This document shows positions 31,756 to 46,600 of a stretch of 64,000 nucleotides of DNA, piece by piece (position 1 is the first letter of the stretch; every line of letters begins with the position of its first letter). The notes beneath the pieces were generated by a model. It had not been told where the DNA came from. It ran no database searches and was given only the letters and a program-made list of their open reading frames with translations. The DNA is from Azolla caroliniana. Lineage: Eukaryota > Plantae > Polypodiophyta. The stretch is from NCBI GenBank assembly GCA_043228905.1, contig JBHGNT010000014.1, positions 1,798,001 to 1,862,000 of the forward strand. The letters are read 5' to 3'. The position numbers and the translations under genes were made by a program.

Positions 31756-34700
31756 TTTTGAAGAATCGTGACCAACCGAAGGGACATCAACTGAAAGGAA
31801 CCGGCCCGAGTTGAGCTTGAGGGGGCGTGTTGAGAATCAAGCTCAACATAGTGTAACGTGTGAACCACTCTTTCAGCATCCATGAGCACTCAAAGGTCAA
31901 GAGTCATACTATTATGGGCATGACCATATAATATCCCGTGGTGAGAATTTACCGTAGTATTCTATACACGTGGATAAGTGTGAGGGTTAAACGAGAGTGT
32001 AAAGAAGGGGAGGATTACTTTTAATCCTTGGGATTGAGACAACCCATTAGGCCAACTGTGAACATGGCCGGGGGGCCTTGGGTATCGCTATAAATAAGAG
32101 GCCTAGCTACCCTTATTTCATTATCTTGTTGACTACGTCGAGACTTTGTCTTGTGGTGGGTCAACTCTTGTAGTGAGCGCGCCAGCACCAGGTACGACTC
32201 GACGCCACAACGGTGGTATGGGACGCCGATCGAGGCTCGAGTCCGTCTCGATCCCTTCGCTCGGGGGTGGTCGGGTGGATCGGCACCCTTCTTTCTCTCT
32301 CTCTCCTCTCTATCTAGATCTATCTATTCATCTATATTCTATCCTTATCTAATGCTTACATTAGTCTATGTCTCTTACAGTTGGTATCAAAACTCATTTT
32401 CTAATGTTTCTTTTGTTGTGTTTTGTGTTTTTGATTGATGGCGATCGATCGATGTGCGGTTGGCCTTGATCCAGACAACGATCAACAAAAGAACTTCGGT
32501 AATCTTTCGTGTTTTTTTTTTTTGTCTATTTTTTCTCTAATCATGTGTATGGATAATATGTAGATTTTTTTCATTAATTCAATGATGTTGTAGTGGTAAT
32601 TCATTGGTTGTATAAAACGTTTACATATGTGTATGAGGTCAATACCTCATTTGACGTATATTGAATATGTGATGAGTGTCGTATGCGCACGAGGTTAATA
32701 CCTCAATTGCGTATTATGTTCACAAACATATGTTACGTTTGCGTATGAGGTCAATACCTCGATTCATTGTAAATGATATGCGTTTGGTCTCGTATGCGTA
32801 GGAGGTCAATACCTCAATTACGTATTACGATTAACCCTTATTTTTGGATGTCTCGTGTACGTAGAGGTATATGCCTCGATTACGTATCTCGATTACGTCA
32901 TTTTTGGCTATTAAATATAACGATTTGTTTAATATAGGCATATGTGGTCATGTGTATACATAGTTGATCGTATATATGTGATAATATACATATGTGTATA
33001 TAAGTTATTACGTGATTTTAAATCAAATGTTTTCCTTTTCGGGGAAAGGATCTTGGTGGCCGTCCTCACATTTTTGTGAGAATAGCATTGTCACCATCCT
33101 TTTTTTCAACAATTTTTTATTGTTGAAATCCCCGTTGGTGACTTCGATATTTCGTTATGTAAAGAAACGCCTATAGCCATAATGATGTTGAGTACGTAGG
33201 GCTTGACTCACTTCATGTGAGGTCGCTCCTATGACACACATATCCAACATCCCTCCCTCATTACATGGATACGATGCCACCATGAGATCACTCTTACGAG
33301 AGGCATTCGTAATGAAGTGACCATGTGATGGGCCACGTGGGCCTACTACGAAAAGAGGGCTCATTTGGCTTGACCATTAGGTTGCACTTTGGCGTATGCC
33401 ATCGTAATTACGAGACTTGAGGTTAGGTAACGTACCAACATAGTTGTAGTAAATGAGGGCGAAATAAGGACTCTTGACATATATGTTTCTTTTAAAAAAA
33501 CATATATGGGCAAATGCCTCGCATATCTTATATATGCATGAAACATTAAACATTCAAGAAGAGCAACCTATTTGGTTGGCTCAAGTGTTTAATGCATTTG
33601 TTCTCGAGGTCTCGAGTTCAAATATGACCAAGACCATACAACATCGTTGATACATATGACTATAACAGATGTTTAGACTCGAGGTCTAAGTGCACTTCGG
33701 GGTCCTCGTAATAGGACTTAAAGAGCCGAAACCACATATGTGGGCACCAAAACATAGTTTATTGTTAACATTTTTTTAGTGTATAAACTATTCATGACGT
33801 GAACATACATGGTTGAGCCTCGGGGAGCCGCCATGAAAAAATCGATATAGAGATCAGGGAAAGACATTAAATCGTCACCCCCATGGTTTTTAAAATACCT
33901 TTGTGTTACCATAGTAACCTGATCTTGAATCTCATCTCATACGTCTTGAGGGGTATTGACGTGAGATCATGATATCGATTAATGTTTGCCCATGATATGT
34001 TTACATCACGACATGATGTTATGTTTATTTGTTTGACCTTATCCTATTTCTTTTCCAGAAATAATCATTTAATGGCTCAAAATAACGACCCGATGTCATC
34101 CGCTCAAGTGGAAGGAACTCAAGGGAATCCTCTTGGACAAATGTCCATTGAGATGTATTTTTCGCAAATAATCCAATACCTTAGTTTCACTGCTCAACAG
34201 ATGGCCGAACTTTGGCAATCTCAAAGTGCTCTCGAGGCACGTGTCATTAGTTTACAACGTGAGACTAATAGACCTGATGAGCGACAAGGTGAACCATCGT
34301 TTGTCGTTAAGCCATTTATGGGAGAAAAAAAGGAAAGAACCGAAGAAGCAATTTGCACGTGGCTGGGCCGATGGGAGTCTCATTTTGCGCTCTATCCCAC
34401 GCCAGATAGTACGAAGACTGCATATGTCGGCCGAGAACTAGGGGGTAAGGTTGCCGCCAGGTGGGGTGGGCTCCGTACTTTGGGGAAATTGCCCGATACC
34501 TGGACAGATTTTGTCACAGTTTTCAAGGGCCAATTTTTGCAACCTCCCTCATGAACCGAGGCAGCACAAGCTTTAATGAACCTCTCAAGCAGGAAGTTTT
34601 CCTCGCTAGAAGAATATGTCCACCATGCTAGAACCCAAATCCAAAAATCGGGTCTAGAAGGGGACAATTGGTTAATAACTTGTTTTGTTAATGGCATCCC

Positions 34701-35105
34701 CAATTCAGACTATCATTGGATAGGGCACGATAAGGATCCAAAATCCTTCAAAGAGGCCGTTGAAATAGTTCTTCGCTATCAACGCAGTTCGAAGAAGGAC
34801 CACAATGAACCCAACGAAGCACCCGAGACTAAGTAGTCACAATTCGATGGGAAACGCAATACACCCAACGAATTCATGGATCGCGATTATAAGCGACAAC
34901 ATTCTTTTTGTGTATTCTGCAAAAAGAAGGGTCATGTACAAAAGAGCAATGTCGAAAGCTCCAACGGAAAGAGCATGACAACAAAGCTAAAGCTGCAGAC
35001 CATAAAGGTCAGATTCCTAATGTCCTTCAGGTCTATACACATCATTTAAGTAATTGTCAATGTTCTTTCCCTCACTATGTATTGGGTCCCAATGATTTAC
35101 TACGT

Positions 35106-35751
35106 TGTCGCGAAGATTCGCGCATGCGTGTGCTACTCGAGCGACCACCAGGGTCTTGGACTGGGGAGGACGTTCGCGGAATTATCGAAGCTAGATGACG
35201 ATCAATGTAAGATTGGATGAAATTTGTTCACTTGAGAAGAAGAAAGATTGTACACTTGAGAAGTAGAAAAACATGAAGAAGATAAAGACAAATATAATTA
35301 TATTGATGATAGTGGTGTTGGTGATATCACATATTGAGCCCCCCTTACACAAGCCCAACTAGAGGCTTTTATAGGTCTTTCCATGCTTGTGACATGCACA
35401 AAACCATGGGCTAAAACCATGGTTTTGTGCACACGGTTTTGCTTATGTCATGCACAAACCATGGGTTTAGAACCATGGTTTTGTGCACACGGTTTTCTAT
35501 GGTTGTTTCATCTATAATTTGTATATAAAAAGGAAATAGATAGAATTTACACTATATGATAGTTGTCCTAATGGTAAGGCAATCATCTTGTATCTTAGAG
35601 GTGCAAGGTTCAAACCTTGCTTGCACCCTTGTGTATGAACTCAAGTGCCACTAGGCCTTAGGTTTATTTGCTAAGTGCATGTGCAATGTTGCACATCCTT
35701 GGTTTATTTGTCTCACTCGGTTTCACACCGTAGCCGAAAATCGTCACGACA
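35106..35751 (-). mobile_element. Solo LTR inserted just upstream of the protease motif
   Basis: TGTCG...CGACA termini, 4-bp TSD ACGT; removal restores DLLR-ANGYING; TATAAAA on the minus strand near 35370. Confidence 0.85.
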
Positions 35752-35755
35752 ACGT

Positions 35756-38700
35756 GCAAACGGGTATATCAATGGATCTCCCATACAATTTTTGTTTGAT
35801 TCGGGAAGCTCACACAACTTTGTGAATGATCGTTTGGTTCAGATATGGGGAATCCAACCCACCGTAAGTGATCACACCTATATGATGCACTTGGCTGATG
35901 GAAGAGTACAATACATCAACGGGGCGATTCATTCATTAGGAATTTCTATTGACACTTATATGTAATGAATCTTTGTACCACTGATGTAATACTAGGTTAT
36001 CCCTGGTTTTATGATAAAAAATCTTCCTTATTTATTGATTGGGTTCATCATTCTATTTCCTTTGTCCTGAATGATTGTACTCATTTTATTCAATGTGTAA
36101 AAAAGCAATCCTCTCGATTGTTTCCTCTCCATCAATATCCGAGTTGTCTTGTTCTACTCTATTTTATTGTGTACTTGATCCAAACATTCACGTTTACAAT
36201 ATTGATAATGTCTCGGTTCAATTAACATATTTTGAACAACAACTTGATGAAAACTTAAATGATTTTCGTGATGTTTTTCTAAGTGAACTACCAGATGGGT
36301 TACCTCCTAAACGTAATATAGACCATCGTATAGATATTGTACCTGGCGTTGCACCAATAAGTATACCTCCTTATCGCTTAAGTCGATCTGAAGAGGATGA
36401 GGTATCTAAGCAACTCAAGGACTATTTACGAATGGGTTATATACGTTATAGTAAATCTCCATGGGGTGCACCAGTTCTCTTGGTTAAAAAGAAAGAGGGC
36501 ACATGGCGTATGTGTATTAATTACCGACACTTGAATAAAGTGACGATCAAGAATTCGTATCCATTGCCCCGGGCTGACAATCTAATTGACCGTCTCCAGG
36601 GAGTTCGGTATTTTACGAAACTTGATCTCCGTACTGGCTACCACCAAATTCGTATAAGTGAGGATGATGTTCCTAAAACGACATTTCATACGCGTTATGG
36701 CCATTATGAGTTTTTGGTTATGCATTTTGGTTTGACCAATGCTCCGGCGACATTTCAACAAGAAATGAATGACATTTTCCGAGAACAACTTGGAAAATTT
36801 GTCGTTATTTTCTTGGATGATATTTTAGTTTATAGCCGTACATTACAAGAACATGCTAAACATGTCCGCTTTGTTTTACAAACATTGCGTGACAAACAGT
36901 TTTACGCGAAGATCTCAAAATGTGAGTTCTTCAAGAAATCAATTACTTATCTTGGACATCCCATAACCGAACGAGGAGTTGAAATTGATCCTTCTCACAT
37001 CGAGAAAATCAAGCTTTGGCCCACGCTTCGGAACATTCGAGAAGTTCGATCATTCCTTGATTTTGTCGGGTTTTTGCGAAAATCCCTTTGTAATTACTCC
37101 CAATTGACGACGCCATTTACTGATCTTTTAAAAGGTCAAACACGTAAGTCTACAAAACCTATTGTTTGGAATGCTACACTAGACCTCACTTTTAAGGAAC
37201 TCAAGGACTTGGTGTGTAAGGCTCCTTCACTTCTTTTACCCGATCCTTCAAAACCTTTTGAGGTTGAAACCGATGCAAGCGATTATGCTATATGTGCTGT
37301 CTTATATCAAGATGGTAAACCAATAGCATTGGAGAGTAAGAAACTTGATTCTACTCAATGTCGGTATACCGTTCAAGAAAAGGAATTATTTGCAGTTATA
37401 CATGCGCTCAAAACATGGCACCATTATCTTTATGGAAATCGCTTTGTGGTAACTATGGACCACGAGTCCTTGAAATATTTTTGTGACCAACAAGACCTGA
37501 AAGGTTGTAAGGCACGATGGGCTGATCTCATCTAGGACTTTGATTTTTCCATACGATATCGTAAAGGTTCCATGAATACTGTTGCTGATGCACTAAGTCG
37601 CATCCGTGAAGTTAACATGCTTAGCTTCACTGAAATAACATCAGATCTTTATAATCACCTTCGAGGAAAGTATCCTGATGACAGTTATTTTGCAAAATAC
37701 TCGGCAAGAGTTGAGTCTGGAACAGACACCACCACATCCTCGAAGGAATACTTCCACATTGCTAACGGTCTACTCTACTGTAATGGGAAGGTTTGTGTTC
37801 TAGATTTGCTTGAGGTCAAAAAGAGAATTCTTTTTGAATTCCATGATGCACCCTCAACAGGGCACCCTGGAATACATCGTACACTCGTTCTCATCTCCAC
37901 TCAATTCTATTGGCATAAGATGCGCCATGACATACATAGTTATGTGACTAAATGTCACCAATGTCATGTTAACAAAGCTGAGCGACTTAAAGCCATGAGA
38001 CTTTTAGATCCCTTGGACATTCCCAATAATAAGTGGGAAATTATATCCATGGATTTTATTGTTAGCCTTCCTTACACCCAAAAAGGCCATGATGCCATAT
38101 GGGTTGTGGTTGATCGACTAACTAAAATCGCCAGATTTATTGCTACTAAAACCACGGTAACAACTCCTGAATTGGCTTACCAATTCGTTGACGAGTTATT
38201 TCATTTTTATGGGTTACTGATGGATATCGTGAGTGATCGAGATCCAAAGTTTACTAGTGACTTTTGGACGCAAGTCTTTAAGAAGTTAGAAACCACGTTG
38301 AGCATGAGCTCCACGGATCATCCTCAATCCGATGGACAGACAGAACGAGTAAATCAAATTATTGAGGACATGCTTCGAGCATATGTTGGTAAAAAACCAA
38401 CAAAATGGGAACTTTATCTCCCAATTTTGGAGTTTGCTTATAACAGCTCCAACCATACGTCGACGGGATATAGTCCTTTTTTGTTGATGTATGGTTTTCA
38501 GCCACGAGCCCTGATTGATGTTAATATACATCATGATGAGTTGCGAAGTACACAAAACTTTCTTCGGGATATGCAAGATATGTTGCATATTGCACGAACT
38601 AATATAAAAACAGCTCAAGATAGAGTGCGTTTTTATGCCGATCATCATAGGAAACCTCGTGTATTCAACCCTGGACAGAAGGTATTTTTACGTGTACCTC

Positions 38701-39110
38701 ACAATTCTAAGACATTGTCTAAGGGTAAGTGCGCTAAGTTAGCGCCACGGTTTTGTGGACCTTTTACAGTCCTCAAACGCATTGGGTCATCAGCCTATCG
38801 TCTCGATCTTCCCAAAGGTGTTGAAATTCATCCAGTTTTTCATGTGAGTCGTCTAAAAGAACTACTAGGTTCTGGCAACAATACAGTTACAACTGAAACT
38901 CTGGTTACTTCTGAAGAATTATCTTCTAAACCACATATACCAGAAAGAATTCTCGATGTTAAAACAAAAAAATTACGTACTAAAGAAATCCGATAATTTA
39001 AAATAAAATGGATGGATAAATCAATAAAAGATGCCACATGGGAATGCGAAAATACTCTCAAAACTAACTTCCCTAACTTTCCATTGCAAGAGTGCAATGT
39101 TTTAAAGAGG
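35756..39110 (+). pseudogene. pol: pol of the 31910-39584 chromovirus
   Basis: ORFs 36075-37535 (RT-RNase H) and 37572-38996 (IN) separated by a stop. Confidence 0.92.
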
Positions 39111-39589
39111 GGGAGTATGTTACGGGCATGACCATATAATATCTTGTGGTGAGAATTTACCGTAGTATTCTATACACGTGGATAAGTGTGAGGGTTAAAC
39201 GAGAGTGTAGAGAAGGGGACGATTACTTTTAATCCTCAGGATTGAGACAACCCATTAAGCCAAGTGTGAACATGGCTGAGGGCCTTGGGTATCGCTATAA
39301 ATAAGGGGCCTAGCTACCCTTATTTCATTATGTTGTTGACTACGTCGAGACTCTGCCTTGTGGTGGGTCAACTCTTGTAGCAAGCGCACCAACACCAAGT
39401 ACGACTCGACGCCACAATGGTGGTATGGGACGCCGATCGAGGCTCGAGTCCGTCTCGATCCCTTCGCTCGGGGGTGGTCGAGTGGATCGGCAACCTTCTT
39501 TCTCTCTCTCATCTCTATCTAGATCTATCTATTCATCTATATTCCATCCTTATCTAATGCTTACATTAGTCTATGTCTCTTACACATAC

Positions 39590-39904
39590 CACTTTCTACA
39601 CATTAAACTATGTGTCATAAAATCATATTCTATGACACATAACTAATGGGTTCCACATTCCCCATGACCATAAGATTTCACATTCCTCAAGGCTCTAGTG
39701 AGAGAGTGGACATTGTAGTGAGTAAATGAAGAGAGAGGATGACCCTATATAAAGCACCCTCCTCCTACTTCATATTAAGTTGGTTATGACTCTTTGTAAT
39801 ACTACATTTTTGTATCTCTATTCTACTTGTGAAATATACAACTTCTTGAGTATTTTATTGCTCTTGCTTATCTATCTCCTGTTCTCTTCTCTCCTCTATT
39901 TTTA

Positions 39905-39974
<70 letters not shown>

Positions 39975-40670
39975 CACACATATCTATTCAGCTACACAAG
40001 AATCACCATCAATTCTTTACATAGACAATCCAGATCATGTTGAGCTTGCTCACTCAACAAAATTACATGTAGCTTTTTGCATAGTTAATTAGTTATGTCA
40101 AGGACACAACTAATTGTTCCCATTCCCATGCTTTCACCCATTGCCACTTTGTGCGCGATTGGGTTCAGAGCGGTGAAGTTGAATTGAAGTATGTTCGGAC
40201 TGATTGGCAAGTGGTTGACATCTTCATCACGGCCCTTGGACTGGACAGGTTGCAACACTTCTCGGAGATGCTTGGTATTCAACACCTTGGCGTGCCACAC
40301 TTGAGGGGTAGAGAAATCAACAAGAACAGTCGCGATGCTGAGCTGGAGTAAGAGTTAGCCGAAAAGAAGAGGAGAGCCGACAAAGAAGGTGAATCAGAGA
40401 CAATCGATTTGGTAAAAAGGAAAGATTCGGACGAGCCTCATTATATGAGAGCCAAGAAGATGAGAAGGAAGTGGGGATAGATGCCGAAGCGGGAGTACCA
40501 ACGGGTCAGAGAGTCCTTGTCTGCCATCTTTGTGTTGGCACGTTTGTTTACCATTTTCGTTGATTTTCTAATCTTCCCTTTGGCAAACTTTAACTCCAAA
40601 TCTCCCCTTCTTAGGGACACTCCATGCTGGGCTCACCAACTTTTATGTCGTTAAGGTTGTGTTTGTCTAT
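39590..40670 (+). repeat. Local segmental duplication of about 29260-30170 joined to about 31600-31755
   Basis: Same LTR-A end, flank TAGAC/TAGGC, LTR start, MITE right TIR and copia tail in the same order. Confidence 0.9.
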
Positions 40671-40673
40671 TGC

Positions 40674-43600
40674 TGAAGGATTTTGACCGGCCAGAACCGG
40701 TTCCACGAACAAATATTCGGGTGCAAAGATCAAGAAAGCTAGTACATATAAAGAAAAATGAGAGGGGCAAAAAACGAAAACCCGAGCCACAATGTTTTAA
40801 TGTGGAAAACCCGAAAGGGAAAAACCACGGGGGTCCACTAATCTCGAGAAACAGAATCACTATAATGGAGAGGAAATACAATAGTGAGAATCTCAAGGCA
40901 ACGACTTATGAGTTCTCCTTCATCAAATCGATGCCTACAGAGTTGCACACACTAACTCTGTCCCTCTCGCTCTATCACAGTTACAGAGGAAAAAACCTTC
41001 TCTAACTATGTAACAACTAATAATAACTCAACTACACATTAGCTCTTAAAGTTTGCCCTAATTGTTTATATACTAAAACAATTTTCTGGCTATTTACAAG
41101 TATAGCCCACAAGGGGCACATTTGGACTATTTACAAATATAGTCTTCAGAAATCGGTCATATATCGATTCTCAATTTCGGTTTCGATTTCGAAAAATGAT
41201 TTCTGAAAATCAATTTTCGGTTGAGCATGTTTCCCAACAAACTCCCCCTTCACTCCGACATGGGGTACTTCATCAATCTGACTCTTTGTTGGCACGCATT
41301 CAACTTCTCGACGGACAACACCTTCGTCAACATATCTGATTCATTGTCATTCATGTGAATCTCCTGGAGCCAATGGTACCTCTGTTGGATGTGCTTTGTC
41401 CTTGAGTGGTAGGTGGCATTTTTCGTAAGGTGGATGGCACTTTGATTATTGTAGTAGAGTTGGAATTCCTCTTGCCGAATTCCTAGCTCTCTAATGAACT
41501 CCTTCATCCATATTATTTTCTTGCTGGCTTCCACTACGGCCATGTACTCGGCTTCCGTGGTTGACAACGCCACGGACTTCTGCAGCCTCGACTGCCACGA
41601 GACAACTCGCCCTGCATAAGTCATCACGTATCTGGACGTGGTTTGGCTTGTATTCGCATCAGCCGACATGTCTGAATCAGTATAACCTTCCAATGTGGTG
41701 TTCAAACACGTTCGCATTCACAAGTGGAAGGATCTCGCATTCCACTTATAGATTCCTTTTATAATCTTGCGATTTGGGCAATTTTCAGAAACTTGATACA
41801 CCAGTATCACATGTTTTAAATAGCATGTAAAATTTGTTAATTTTTTGAGATTTAACAAGTTTCAAAATGATCATTTCTAAAATTGAATATTTTTTCAATA
41901 AATGTTTAAACATTGATGGTTTGTAGATCTGAAATGTAGTTACATTAAAGAAAATCACAATGGTTAACTTAAGGCACAAGTTAAGATTAATGGTTTCACC
42001 ATCTTGAGAAGATGTAGGTTCTAGAAGTGGAAGTTACATCTATTGTTAGACTTGAAAATGTTTTAAATATAAGAGATAACATTGTAATCCTTAATGCCAC
42101 CATCTATAAATTTAGTGCTTATTAACATCCATAAATTCACAACTCAAGAAATGTATAGAATATTCATAAACAATTTTAATAAATCCATAACTCCTAAAAT
42201 GTAGATGATATTCATAAACTATCAAAACTGCCAAACTTAAATGTAAACATTAATATATCAATTTGAACATATCACATACTTATTAAGGTATACACAATGC
42301 TCTCCTCTTCTTCATTTTGAGAGCTCCTCTACAAAATTTGTGAAGTAAATCACATTTGCAAGGTTTAATTACCATCAACACAATTATTAATGGTTTTTTG
42401 TTAATCAAGGAAGCACATGTTCACCATAAGGTATCTTATTGTGCAACATACTTCTTTACAACATTGATATGCATCTTTTACTCTTGTCAAAACAGAGATT
42501 TTAGTACAATTCGAGTTCATGTAAACCCTAAACCTCTTTTATTTGAAAAAAACGAAGTTTTCTAAACATGAACTCCATACATTGTATTGAGTTGATGTAA
42601 AAAACAGAGTTTTCATCACAATTCCATACAACGTATCAAATTCATGTTCAAAGTTTTTTTTTCTGAATTAAAAAAATTAAAACAAAATTAAAACAAATAA
42701 AATAAAATAAAATAAATTGAAACAAGTTTAAAAAAATGACTTTAAATATGAACTAGGTACATTGTACTGAATTGTGGTGAAAAATATGGTTTTTTCATCA
42801 AGTCAAGATCGATTTTTTTATTTTTATTTTTAAAAATAATTCGGGTACATTTGAAAATGAGGAGGAAGAGTCACAATTGTATATGAGCTATAGTAGTGAT
42901 TCTCATGAAAGGAATGATGATAATGATGCAAATAACTCCTAAATGTATTTTTTGTGCAACGATATGTAAGAAATTTAGACAACAATTTATCGAATGAAAT
43001 AAAAAAGTTGATTGTTTTGAAATCTTTCGCTTATGATTTCGTTAGGATCTAAAATACTACTAGTTGTAATTTCTCCTTAAAAATACACAAAGTTACTTTT
43101 CGTATTTGGCCAAAATTTGGCATTTTCCAATTTTACCAAATGGTGAAAATTTAGCTTTTTCATCAAGTTTTTGAGAACATGTGATATTGTTATCAAGGTG
43201 TTTTGTGAAATGGCCAAAAAAGCCCCAAAATCAGATGGAATATTCCTTATCCTTCCATTTGTGTGTGGTCCTTCCACTTGTGAACGCGAATGTGTTGTTA
43301 CCTGAGCCGAATCGAAGACACATGCTTGAGGTGCCTCTAAGGTACCCAAGTATCCACTTCACAACAACCCAATGCTCTCTTCCGGGATTGCTCATATATC
43401 AGTTGCCCACTTTGAATGCGTATCCAATGTCCAGCTTTGTACAAACCATTGCATACATCAGGCTTCTGACTGCTGAGGCATAAGGGACTTTTGACATCTC
43501 GGCCTTCTCGATTTTCGATTTCGGGCATTGGTCCTTACTTAGCTTGCAGTTCGTCGGCAGTGTCGAGCCGACTAGTTTCGCGCTTTCCATGCCGAATCTC

Positions 43601-46600
43601 TAGAGCACATTTGTCATGTACTTTTCTTGTGACAACCTTAATAACCTCTTTGTTCGATCCAGAACAATGTGCATTCCCAGGATTTGTTTTGCCGGACCCG
43701 TAGCTTTCATCGAGAATGACCTACTCAAGGCCTTCTTCAAAACTTCTGATTTTCCTCGGGTCTTGTATGACAATAGGAGGATGAGAAAATCTCCTCCATC
43801 ATACTTCTTGATAAAGATGCAATGATCAACTTGTGTCTTGCCGAAATCGTGATCCACCATGAAAGATTCAAACTTTCGGTACCATTACCAAGGTGCCTGC
43901 TTTAGCCCATATAGGCTCTTTCTCAATCGACATACCAGGTTTTCTTTACCTTTCTCTACACTTAAGATGCAATCTCTTATTTGGTCTTATAGGCCATTTT
44001 GGCCTCTTAAAAAACGTTAATATATCTTTCTTCTTCTTTCTACGAATCCTTCCGGCTGGTGCATGTATATCTCTTCCTCCAAATCTCTGTGAAGGAAGGC
44101 AGTCTTGACGTCCAGTTGCTCAACTCCGAGATCCATGATGGCCGCTATGCTCAACACTATTCGGATTGATGTCATCTTCACTACCGGGCCAAATATTTCG
44201 TTGAAATCGACACTCTTCTTCTATTGAAAGCCTTTTAGCATGATTCGGGTTTTATATCTAGGTGGATTTCTGCCATCTCTCGGTTTTATTTTGTATACCC
44301 ACTTATTTTGTAGTGCCTTCTTCCCTTTTGGCAACTCGATGAATTCATATGTGTGGTTCTCATGCAAGAAATCCATCTCCTCTTGTATGGAACTTAACCA
44401 CTTTCGACCGTGGGTATCATTCTTAGCTTCTTCAAAGCTTTCCGGCTCCCCCTCATCGGTTAGCAATACGCGTTTTTCATACGGAAATCTACAGGGGGCC
44501 CTCCTCTCTGTAAGGGCATATCGCCTACCTCCATTCGGTATAGTCGGTTCTTCTTCGACTTCTTCAGCCGAGTCAAATTTGGTTCCTCGTTCAGCCGGTT
44601 CCCCTTGTTCTTCAATCGGTTCTCGAATTTTCAACTCTACCTCTTAAAGTATTAAATCGGTCGACTGGCTCGTATTCGATTTCGATTGAATTGACTTCTA
44701 CTCGATTCGGCGGAGCATCGACTCGGCTCAATTCGGTAATTGGAGACTTATTCTCAATCTCCTAATCGACAATTGTCTTCTCCTCCATGAAGACAATATC
44801 TCGGCTCCTAATCACCTTCTTCTCGGCTAAGTCCCATAGTTGATAGTTGAATTCATCGTTGTTGTAGCCGAAAAATATACATGGCCAAGATATCGGGTTC
44901 AGCTTCCCCCTCTGGTTCTTTGTCACATGCACATAGGCAAGACAACAGAACACCCTTAGGTGTCGGTATGACACGTCTTTGCCACGCCACACCCTTTGTG
45001 GAATATCACCGTCCAAGGGTACTGAGGGTGATTGGTTTATCATATACATTGTCGTCAGCAACACCTCAACGCAGAACATCTTCGGTAAATTTGCATCTGC
45101 AAGCATACTTTGGATCCTCTCCATTATGGTCCGGTTCATTCTCTTGGCCAGCTCGTCAAGCTTTGGCATCTTCGGAACGGTATACTCAAGCTGGATTCCT
45201 TGTGCTCGACAATATTCTTCAAACGGTCCGCGGTACTCTCTGCCATTGTTTGCTCGGATTGCCTTCAATTTTCGGTTGGTTTCCCTCTCGACCCTTGCTT
45301 GAAACTCTTTGAAGACGGATAGCACCTGATCCTTCATCTTCAGCATGGAAACCCACAACTTCCGGCTACAATCGTCTTTGAAGGTCACGAAATACTATGA
45401 ACTAGCATGTGACTTTGTATTCACATAGCGTACATCCGTATGCATTAGTTCCAACGACATTTTCTTCCTCATTGGGGGCCTTGTTTGGAAGGAGGTTCTG
45501 TATTGTTTGTTGGCTAGGTAATCAACACACTTGTCTAGATGCACTTTATTCATCTCCGGCAGGAGGTCTTTCTCTATCCACATCTACATTCCCTTCTAGC
45601 ACATGTGGCACAACTTCTTATGCCACAGCTCACCGGCTATGTCGGTTGCCACGTTTACGTCATTTCTGGATACTCGAGCATTCATTATATACAGTGTGTT
45701 TGTCTTTCGGGCTTTGGCCACAATTAGGTTTCCTTTGTAGAACTTCATGACACCGTTCTGGATGCTAATCGTGTAGCCTTTGTCATCCAGCCGACCGATT
45801 GATATCAGATTCAATCTAACTTCCGGAACGTGCCAAACATCTCTCAACATAAGTCTACACTCGGTTGACGTTATGAAACACACATCTCCAATGCCCACAA
45901 TTTGGCATGCTCCTTCATTCCCCATTTTTACAAGACCATGGTCTCTGGCCTTGTATGATGAGAAGCACTTTCAATCGGGGGTTAGGTGAAACGACGCACT
46001 CGAATTGACCGCCCATGTCGATGCTTCGCCAGCAAGATTGACCTCATTTTGTTCACTAATGAACAACAGTTCCTCTTCACTCACGACAATTGCTGAGGTG
46101 TTCTTTCTGTTTGGGATTTTCTTCGGCTATACACCATCATCTCTCCCTTTCTCCTTTCGAAAATGTCTGCAATTCTTTTGGAAGTGCCCCGGCTTCCCAC
46201 AATGGAAGCACGTGGGCTTTCCCCTCGACTTACACCTTGTGCCCGACTTATCTTGATTCTGGGGACTTCGATTTCGGCCTCTTCCTCGATTCATGTCACT
46301 TTCTATGACGAGGGCCTCCAGGTTAGTATTGGACTCTCAGTCCTTCCGGCAAGCTTCCTTGTTTAGTAAGCTCGACTTCACCTACTCTAGGGATAGATGC
46401 TTCCCTTCCGGTCTGGCGTTGCCAGTGTGACGACGAGCGTCTCCCAGTTGTCCGGAAGGGATCCCTGCAATAATAAAGCTAATACCTCATTGGCAAGAGG
46501 TACTTCTAGAGAGGTGGTTTGATTCATCAGTCCTTGGAAGGCATTAATATGCTCCGCCATGCTGGAGCCATCCTGATACCTTAGTCTCACAATATTGTGG

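Larger units (their letters stand above)
31910..39584 (+). mobile_element. Complete but decayed Ty3/gypsy chromovirus with tRNA-iMet PBS
   Basis: LTRs 31910-32379 and 39118-39584, TSD CATAC, PBS TGGTATCAAAAC, PPT AAAGAGGGGGAG; gag from about 34072, LFDSGSSHNF protease, FLDD RT, IN, chromodomain remnant PERILD...KW...DATWE. Confidence 0.95.
31828..40021 (+). mobile_element. Family-A 3' LTR (PPT upstream), split by a gypsy insertion
   Basis: GAGGGGGCG then TGTTGAGAATC; LTR resumes at 39590 and ends TTTACA. Confidence 0.88.
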
